In this document: piece by piece, positions 63,705-64,000 of the stretch
Layout of the letters: every line of letters begins with the position of its first letter
How positions within the stretch are numbered: position 1 is the stretch's first letter
Made by a program: the position numbers and the translations under genes
The notes under the pieces: model-generated
What the model was told of the DNA's origin: nothing
The model's input: the letters and a program-made list of their open reading frames with translations, nothing else
The model's database searches: none
Assembly: GCF_018350175.1 (NCBI RefSeq)
Contig: NC_058368.1
Span: 177,074,001 to 177,138,000 of the forward strand
Length of the DNA stretch: 64,000 bases
Reading direction: 5' to 3'
Origin: Felis catus
Taxonomy: Eukaryota

Positions 63705-64000
63705 CCAAAGCTAAAGCACATCAAAGACCCATCATTAGAGAGGAGGGGTTCTGGAGGCCAGACAATATATGCAGTCCTGACCCAGGTCTTTTTTACAGTG
63801 GGTCCAAATCTTCACAGATACACCTAGTGACCATTTCCTTTGTATCCCAATACACAATCAGGTTGCATATGCTTAGTGTCTGGGAGAGCCCTTGCATTAC
63901 TTCCTTGATCTACGTAATGAGGACTATTATAGTAGGAAAGGCCAAATGAAAGCTCCTGAACTACAATCCACTCCAAGTCTGGTTGAGACACTGATTCACA
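62347..64000 (+). mobile_element. ERVL internal region (ERV3-16A3-like gag remnant), runs off the window; contains a CanSINE at ~63482-63701
   Basis: Directly follows the LTR; ORF 62387 MGFWNLITCWPRGNKDILTDG resembles the ERVL gag N-terminus; gagtgggaccctgaaacttggg (EWDPETW) motif at ~62862. Confidence 0.65.

Noticed and set aside
10963..63708. Many recurring short ORFs of the MAQSVK.LTSAQVMISQF..SSPASGSVLTAQSLEPASDSVSPSL type, resembling a repeated gene family or array
   Set aside because: All are translations of dispersed CanSINE copies with A-tails and TSDs; neither a protein family nor a CRISPR-like array

Overview
Mammalian genomic DNA from a carnivore, very likely a cat-family species, judged from the abundant felid-type CanSINEs. 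Bases 1 to ~36.6 kb hold the 3' two-thirds of STK10 (LOK, lymphocyte-oriented Ste20 kinase) on the + strand. Twelve coding exons splice into one continuous open frame, from the end of the kinase domain (HPFVSS...) through the Pro/Ser-rich linker and coiled-coil region to the stop (...YSSVDAS*). They are probably exons 8-19, numbered from my recollection of the human gene. A ~2.3 kb 3'UTR and an AATAAA follow. One intron is non-canonical (GC-AG). The last intron holds a four-layer transposon nest (MER102-like > full-length Tigger1 > carnivore L1 > CanSINE). Downstream (~37-64 kb) is AT-rich, repeat-only DNA. It contains a near full-length dead L1 carrying an ~11 kb two-LTR ERV1-class provirus with more than 20 CanSINEs in it, followed by an ERVL (LTR16-like) LTR plus internal region. 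I found no convincing novel biological system. The best leads are splicing features of STK10 and the nested-element chronology. Repeat family names come from recalled consensus sequences, not from a search, and repeat boundaries are approximate.
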